Positions 58,430-64,000 of a stretch of DNA of 64,000 nt are shown piece after piece; within the stretch, counting starts at the first letter, position 1; every line of letters starts with the position of its first letter. The position numbers and the translations under genes were made by a program. The DNA is from Candidatus Aenigmatarchaeota archaeon (GTDB lineage: Archaea > Aenigmatarchaeota > Aenigmatarchaeia > QMZP01 > QMZT01). The stretch spans positions 1 through 64,000 of the forward strand of contig JBGPQP010000001.1 in assembly GCA_041489155.1 (NCBI GenBank). The letters are read 5' to 3'. The notes beneath the pieces were generated by a model. It saw only the letters and a list, made by a program, of their open reading frames with translations, was not told where the DNA came from and ran no database searches.

Positions 58430-58891
58430 ATGAGAAAAGGAATATCCCCGCTGATATCAGTTATAATGTTGATAGCTTTTACGATGATAGTCGCCGGTAT
58501 TCTGGCAGGATGGGCAACGCAGTTCGTTACGCAGAGCCGTTCAGAACTGCAATTCTGTTCCAAGGCACAAGTTTTGATACAAAGGGCATACTATAACAAC
58601 GATTCCAAGACCCTCAGCCTTGCGTTGTTCAATACAGGTGATGTCCCTCTGCACGGGTTTTCGGTCAGGATAACTTACAACAATGAATCCTTAATGTCGA
58701 CGAAGTTTGAAACCCTGAACATATCATTCCAGGAAATAAAAACAATAAACCTGCCTGCAGATGACCTGCTCAATCAACTCGCTGTCGATGACACGATAAA
58801 GCAGGTAGTGGTGCAGTCGATGGAATGCAGGGGCGCGCAGGACCTAGTTGGCAGGTATGATATACAGGGCCTTGGCTTCAAGGCATACTAA
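58430..58891 (+). CDS. Archaeal type IV pilin
   Basis: Class III signal RKG/ISPLISVIMLI; start 58424 or 58430. Confidence 0.88.
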   Translation: MRKGISPLISVIMLIAFTMIVAGILAGWATQFVTQSRSELQFCSKAQVLIQRAYYNNDSKTLSLALFNTGDVPLHGFSVRITYNNESLMSTKFETLNISFQEIKTINLPADDLLNQLAVDDTIKQVVVQSMECRGAQDLVGRYDIQGLGFKAY

Positions 58892-58938
58892 ACCATAGGA
58901 GCAAGCTGTTTTTATTTATTTTAAGCGTAATTCTTTCT

Positions 58939-59349
58939 ATGAAGTTCAAGTTTGTTAGCGATCTGACTTCGGACGTTGTTTTCGAGGCGTACGGGAAGGA
59001 TCTGAAGGAAGTTTTTGAAAACGCAGCCATCGCTCTATTCAGCGTGATATGCGATATCAAGAAAGTGAACCCTCTCATGAGAAAGGATGCCGAAGTCCAA
59101 GGCAAAGATGCCAAAGATCTTATGTTCAACTGGCTCCAGACCCTGATAAGCATGGTCGACATCGAGTGTGCCTTTTTCTCAAAATTCGAAATAAAAAAAA
59201 TATCCGAAAAACATTTGAAGGCACAGGTCTATGGTGAGGATGCCGAACCGAAAAAGGGCCTTACTGTCGTGAAGGCCGTGACCTATTACAAGTTCAACTT
59301 GGAAGAAACAAAAAGCGGGTACAAGGTAACAGTGGCGCTGGATATATAG
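58939..59349 (+). CDS. Archease
   Basis: TSDVVFEAYG, VKAVTYY, C-terminal LDI. Confidence 0.92.
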   Translation: MKFKFVSDLTSDVVFEAYGKDLKEVFENAAIALFSVICDIKKVNPLMRKDAEVQGKDAKDLMFNWLQTLISMVDIECAFFSKFEIKKISEKHLKAQVYGEDAEPKKGLTVVKAVTYYKFNLEETKSGYKVTVALDI

Positions 59350-59354
59350 CTTGT

Positions 59355-60761
59355 TTATCCTTTGCATACGCCAACAGGCACCGCTCTTGCAACTTTGAGC
59401 GAGATGCCGATGCCGTGCACGCTTTCTATCACGTCGTCGACGTTTTTGTAGGCATCAGGCGCTTCCTCAGCTAAGACCATGGGATGGGTTGACTGCGCAA
59501 TTATGCCCTTCCTAGCAAGGTCTTCCTTGACCTTGCCGCCCCAGAACCTCTTTATGGCATCATTCCTCGACATCGCTCTTCCTGCACCGTGCACGGTCGA
59601 GCCGAACGCCTTTTCCATCGATTTCTCGGTTCCCTTGAGCAGATAGCTTGAAGTGCCCATGGTACCGGCAATAAGCACCGGATCGCCGGGAAAGCTCCTT
59701 GTCGAGCCTTTACGGTGCACATAAACCTTGCGCTTCTTTTCCTCGATCTTGTGCTCCTCAACTTTCACGACGTTATGACAGAGGCCGTAAACCGTATGCA
59801 TATCCATCGCCTCCCAATTCTTATGAAAAACTTTTTCAAACGTCTCGCGAATCCACTGGGTCATCACCAAACGGTTTGTAAAGGAATAATTCACGGCGCA
59901 TTTCATGGCTGAAAAATAATCCAGGCCTTCCGGCGATTTCGCAGGCGCGCAGGCGAGCTGCCTGTCAGGAAGCCATATCTTGTATTTGTCGACCGCTTCC
60001 TCCTGAATTTTTAGGTAATCTGTCGCCACTTGGTGACCAAGACCGCGCGAACCGCAGTGAAGCATTATCAGTACCTGATCCTGATTTCTAATGCCCCATT
60101 TTTTTGCAGTTTCTGCGTCGTAAATATCAGTGACCCTCTGCACTTCAAGGAAATGGTTTCCTGCACCCAGCGTACCGAGCTGCTGAAGGCCACGCTGCCT
60201 TGCAAGAGGCGAAACCTTTTTCGGGTCCCCGCCGTTCATGCATCCCTTCTCTTCCATGTGTTCCTTGTCATCGGCGATGCCATAACCGTTCTCTATTGCC
60301 CAGTTCACGCCGCGCGTCAGGACCTGATCAAGCTGGTCGCTCGTCAGCTTAAGCGTGCCCTTCGCCCCGACGCCACAGGGTATCTTTTTGAAAAGCGATG
60401 ATATGAGCTCGTTTAGCTTTGGTTTCAGTTCGCTGTAAGTCAGATTGGTCCTTATCGAATTGACGCCGCAGTTGATGTCAAAGCCACATAGGCCGGACGA
60501 TATTATGCCGTCCTCGAAATCAAAAGCGCTCACCGCTCCCATCGGCAGGCCGTATCCCCAGTGCATGTCCGGCAGGCCGATAACAGGCTCTATCACGCCG
60601 GGCAGGCAGGCGACATTCGTAAGCTGTTCTACAGCCGCGTTTTCAAGACCATCAATCACCTTTTTGTTGCCTATGATCTTCGCCTTGACGTTCATCCTTG
60701 GTCTAACGTTTTTTTCCAGTTCCCATTCGTAAGGCGAAATCTGCTTCAGTTTTTCTTTCAT
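59355..60761 (-). CDS. rtcB: RNA-splicing ligase RtcB
   Basis: PDMHWGYG, DINCG, GNHFLE, HRKG, HGAGR, EEAPDAYK. Confidence 0.96.
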   Translation of the reverse strand: MKEKLKQISPYEWELEKNVRPRMNVKAKIIGNKKVIDGLENAAVEQLTNVACLPGVIEPVIGLPDMHWGYGLPMGAVSAFDFEDGIISSGLCGFDINCGVNSIRTNLTYSELKPKLNELISSLFKKIPCGVGAKGTLKLTSDQLDQVLTRGVNWAIENGYGIADDKEHMEEKGCMNGGDPKKVSPLARQRGLQQLGTLGAGNHFLEVQRVTDIYDAETAKKWGIRNQDQVLIMLHCGSRGLGHQVATDYLKIQEEAVDKYKIWLPDRQLACAPAKSPEGLDYFSAMKCAVNYSFTNRLVMTQWIRETFEKVFHKNWEAMDMHTVYGLCHNVVKVEEHKIEEKKRKVYVHRKGSTRSFPGDPVLIAGTMGTSSYLLKGTEKSMEKAFGSTVHGAGRAMSRNDAIKRFWGGKVKEDLARKGIIAQSTHPMVLAEEAPDAYKNVDDVIESVHGIGISLKVARAVPVGVCKG

Positions 60762-60860
60762 CTCTATCCCTCCAAGAACTATCTGTCTATGTTATTAATA
60801 TTTAAAAATTTTTCTTATATAGGAATAACCAATATATTATAATTGTTGGCAGGTGAGATG

Positions 60861-61115
60861 ATGTCGAGGAAACAGTTCTACAAAAGGGGTTGGCACCACA
60901 CGAAGACCAGGGGGAAGGAGACCAATGTAACATGCGGTTTTTGCGGAAGAATGGTTCCTAAATACAAAACCTTCGCAGTCTTCAGGGGCTTCTCAATATC
61001 AGACCCTTCGCTCAGGAAAGAGCTCGGAGGGAGAAATTTTTCGCTCTCCTCCACAAAAATTTACGCATGCCCCTCGTGTGCCAGACATAGAAGAATAATA
61101 AAAAAGAAAAGATAG
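60861..61115 (+). CDS. rps26e: 30S ribosomal protein S26e
   Basis: RG...VTCGFCGRMVPKYK...YACPSCARH; basic; AGGTGA RBS. Confidence 0.75.
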   Translation: MSRKQFYKRGWHHTKTRGKETNVTCGFCGRMVPKYKTFAVFRGFSISDPSLRKELGGRNFSLSSTKIYACPSCARHRRIIKKKR

Positions 61116-61127
61116 TGGTGTTTTGTA

Positions 61128-62813
61128 ATGGGTTTCAGGGGGAAGTTGAGGGAAAAAATAGTCAACATAAGAAAATTCAGCAAAATAGAGTATCCGCATT
61201 TGGAAATAAGGGAGCCAAAAAATTTCATCATATTCCCTTCTTTCAAGAAGCCTTCTGAGATAGACATAAAATATCCTCTCCTCGAGCCATTTGTTTATGC
61301 ACACATAAGATGGGAGCCACGCAAAAGGGGCCTTGTTTACGAGGTGGTAGAACCCTGTCTTTCCAATAACGAAAAAGAGATTCTGGAAACAATAAAGAAG
61401 GATCTACTCGAGATAATAGACGTGGAGCTTTCCGCAGTAAAGGAAGGCGGAAAGGTTCTGAAATATGTACAAGAAAAAATTGAGAAAATACTCGAAGAAG
61501 AGAACATGGTTTTGCCCAAGGAAACGTATGTCAAGATGATGTATTACATCTACAGGGATTTTGTCGGGTTCAACGAGATTGAAGGCCTTCTCCATGACCC
61601 TTACATTGAAGACATAGGCTGCCCTGGGCTGGATATACCTGTTTTTGTGGTGCACAGGAAGTTCGGTTCTGTAGAAACTAACATCGTTTTCACAGACAGC
61701 GGTTACTTTAACAATTTCGTTATCAAACTTGCGGAGCGCAGCGGCAGATATATTTCATATGCAAAACCCCTGCTGGACGGCTCCCTGCCAGATGGTTCAA
61801 GGGTGCAGGCAACACTCGCGAAGGATGTCACTACCAAAGGACCGACGTTCTCGATAAGAAAATTCAGGGTCGAGCCGTTTTCGCCGATAGACGTGATAAA
61901 CTTCAATACCGCCTCATCTGAAATAATGGCATACCTGTGGCTGATGGTGGAATCGAGGACTTCTACGCTGATATGCGGTGGCGTTTCGACTGGAAAGACT
62001 ACATTTCTGAACGTAATGGGCATGTTCATACCTCCGGAGGACAAGATTGTCTCGATAGAAGACACCCGCGAACTGAACCTACAGCATGAAAACTGGATAC
62101 CAAGCGTTTCCAGGGTGGGCTTCGGCGTGCCTGAAATAGGCGGCAAAAGATACGGCGAAGTAACGCTTTTCGAGTTGCTCAAGGAATCCTTCAGGCAGAA
62201 TCCGGATTATGTTATCGTGGGCGAGGTGAGGGGAAAGGAAGCTTACGTGATGTTCCAGGGGATGGCAAGCGGGCACCCATCGATGGGGACCATACACGCG
62301 GGATCTGTCGAAGACGTCATAAAGCGCCTGGAAATGCCGCCAATCGAGCTTTCTCCTAGCCTCATAGAGACATTGGACATCGTGGTGGTCATGACACATG
62401 CAAAGGAAAGGGGCAAGTCCGCGAGAAGGGTAAAGGAAATCGATGAAATAGAATCCATAGACCCTAAAACAGGGACTGCCCATAACATAAAGATTTTTTC
62501 CTGGAACCCGTCCTCAGATACCTACTCCACAAATCTTGACGAATCCTATCTGACGAAAAAGATGGCCTTCGAGAAGGGCATAACCTATGAGGAAATGATG
62601 AAGGAAATGAGGAAACGCGAGAAAATACTTGAATGGATGAGAAAATTCGGGGTGACGAATTTCGACGATGTGGCAAAAATGATCAATCTCTATTGCAAGG
62701 AGCCTTCCATAGTGATGGAATGGGTTGAAAAAGGAGTCCCGCCCTACAAGACAAAGGCCAAGGAAGCGAGTAAAATACTACAATCCTTCAGCGGCCTGAG
62801 GGTAATCGAGTGA
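61128..62813 (+). CDS. Second type IV pilus/secretion ATPase
   Basis: DPYIEDI, LPDGSRV, GGVSTGKTT, SIEDTREL, RQNPDYVIVGEVRG. Confidence 0.94.
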   Translation: MGFRGKLREKIVNIRKFSKIEYPHLEIREPKNFIIFPSFKKPSEIDIKYPLLEPFVYAHIRWEPRKRGLVYEVVEPCLSNNEKEILETIKKDLLEIIDVELSAVKEGGKVLKYVQEKIEKILEEENMVLPKETYVKMMYYIYRDFVGFNEIEGLLHDPYIEDIGCPGLDIPVFVVHRKFGSVETNIVFTDSGYFNNFVIKLAERSGRYISYAKPLLDGSLPDGSRVQATLAKDVTTKGPTFSIRKFRVEPFSPIDVINFNTASSEIMAYLWLMVESRTSTLICGGVSTGKTTFLNVMGMFIPPEDKIVSIEDTRELNLQHENWIPSVSRVGFGVPEIGGKRYGEVTLFELLKESFRQNPDYVIVGEVRGKEAYVMFQGMASGHPSMGTIHAGSVEDVIKRLEMPPIELSPSLIETLDIVVVMTHAKERGKSARRVKEIDEIESIDPKTGTAHNIKIFSWNPSSDTYSTNLDESYLTKKMAFEKGITYEEMMKEMRKREKILEWMRKFGVTNFDDVAKMINLYCKEPSIVMEWVEKGVPPYKTKAKEASKILQSFSGLRVIE

Positions 62814-62868
62814 AGTTTAAACATAGACTTTTATAACTATTCCTCAATCTTTATTCAGGGGTTTTAAT

Positions 62869-63900
62869 ATGTTTTCCGTGAAAGAGATGGTGAAGGAGAT
62901 TTCAAAGGCATCAGGCCTTAGTGAAGATGACGTGAAACATAAAATAGAGGACAAACAGCTTGAGCTTTCGGGGCTTGTTTCACCGGAGGGGGCGGCCTAC
63001 ATCGTAGGCAAGGAGCTGGGAGCGAATCTCCTGGGAGAAACGGTTAACAGAAGGCTCAAAATCAAAAATGTCACCCCTGGCCTGAGATCCGCGGACATAA
63101 CCGGAAGAATCATAAGAATTTCGAACAGGAGAGATTTCGAAAAAGACGGGAAGACAAAGGGTGTCGTGAATCTCGACATAGGTGACGAGACAGGGACGAT
63201 AAAGTTCTCTTTGTGGGACAATGAAATAGAATTGCTTAGCAGGCTTGGTGTGGGAGAAGGCGATGCCATCGACATAAGGAACGGGTATGTGAAAGAAACG
63301 AACACTGGCAATGTTGAAATACGCCTTGGAAGAAAGGGCAGATTTAGCAAATCAGAACTTAAAATAGCTGAATTGGACGAGATTAAAAAGAGTTTCGAAG
63401 CCGTGAAGGCGAAGAAAATAAGCGAACTGAGGGAAGCCGAATACGATGAAATCAGGGCCTCACTGGTTCAGATTTTCAGGCGCCATCCGTTCTTCGAGGT
63501 ATGCCCCAAATGCGAATCACGCATCGAGAATGTTGATGGGGTCTGGAAATGCAAGGAGCACGATAGTGTTGAACCAAAATACAATCTGGTGCTCTCGGGC
63601 GTGCTTGACGATGGTTCGGGTAACATACGCGTTGTTTTCTTCCGCGAACTTGCCGAAAAGGTTTTCGGCATGGATGCGAATACGCTTCAAAAAATGGCAA
63701 AAGGTAAAGGCGGCGATGAGGAAATATACGAAAAACTTCAATTGGGGAAGGAGCTCGTAATAAGAGGCAGGGTTAAGAAAAACCAGGTTACAGAGAAGCT
63801 GGAACTTGTTGCCAGCGACGTGGAAGAAGTAGATCCGAAAAGAGAATCTGAAAAACTTGTCAAGGAAATAGAGGGATTAAAGATTAAAAATCTAAGATGA
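62869..63900 (+). CDS. rpa: Replication protein A large subunit-like OB-fold protein
   Basis: GDETGTIKFSLW, CPKC...CKEH Zn motif, LDDGSGNIRVVFF. Confidence 0.88.
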   Translation: MFSVKEMVKEISKASGLSEDDVKHKIEDKQLELSGLVSPEGAAYIVGKELGANLLGETVNRRLKIKNVTPGLRSADITGRIIRISNRRDFEKDGKTKGVVNLDIGDETGTIKFSLWDNEIELLSRLGVGEGDAIDIRNGYVKETNTGNVEIRLGRKGRFSKSELKIAELDEIKKSFEAVKAKKISELREAEYDEIRASLVQIFRRHPFFEVCPKCESRIENVDGVWKCKEHDSVEPKYNLVLSGVLDDGSGNIRVVFFRELAEKVFGMDANTLQKMAKGKGGDEEIYEKLQLGKELVIRGRVKKNQVTEKLELVASDVEEVDPKRESEKLVKEIEGLKIKNLR

Positions 63901-63929
63901 AATATAAATTCCCTGAGTGAGGTGTTGGT

Positions 63930-64000
63930 ATGACAAAGGATGATATTGAGAGTCTGCCAGGTGTGGGCGAAAAAACTCTTGAAAAATTCATAGAAGCTGG
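63930..64000 (+). CDS. radA: RadA, N-terminal fragment (3'-truncated by window)
   Basis: MTKDDIESLPGVGEKTLEKFIEA HhH; GAGGTG RBS; follows rpa. Confidence 0.7.
   Translation, partial: MTKDDIESLPGVGEKTLEKFIEA

Noticed and set aside
57945..58891. Archaellins / archaellum operon
   Set aside because: N-termini are of the pilin SP(V/L)I type and no arl cluster is adjacent.
1..64000. CRISPR arrays, transposases, rRNA
   Set aside because: None recognised; intergenic gaps are too short and show no spaced repeats.

Overview
Gene-dense archaeal chromosome segment. Housekeeping genes include argS, glyS, pheST, rpl15e, rpl21e, rps17e, rps26e, rpoF, prefoldin, ABCE1, ATP-dependent ligase, RPA, the 5' end of radA and rtcB/archease. 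The compact layout, dispersed type IV pilus genes and Cys-rich surface proteins suggest a DPANN lineage (inference, not verified). Highlights: (1) an SRP RNA (~40941-41255) whose helix-8 tetraloop is interrupted by a 32-nt insertion with bulge-helix-bulge-like geometry; standard endonuclease cuts would restore the canonical GGAA loop exactly, i.e. a candidate tRNA-type intron in SRP RNA; the RNA also appears to lack helix 6; (2) tRNA-Arg(CCU) with a 40-nt D-loop intron of the same geometry; (3) a three-gene operon of an ESCRT-III-like protein, an MIT-Vps4-like ATPase and a TPR/Ig-fold protein, divergent from a giant pilin-like VWA adhesin; (4) a partial Mbh-type membrane complex with no large subunit in the window; (5) an uncharacterised five-gene locus with a TIM-barrel metalloprotein; (6) an in-frame pus10-rpl21e fusion; (7) an RbkR plus ImpX-like riboflavin salvage pair; (8) a CBS-HPF fusion. 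No CRISPR array or mobile element was seen. All calls come from reading motifs by eye; no database search was run.
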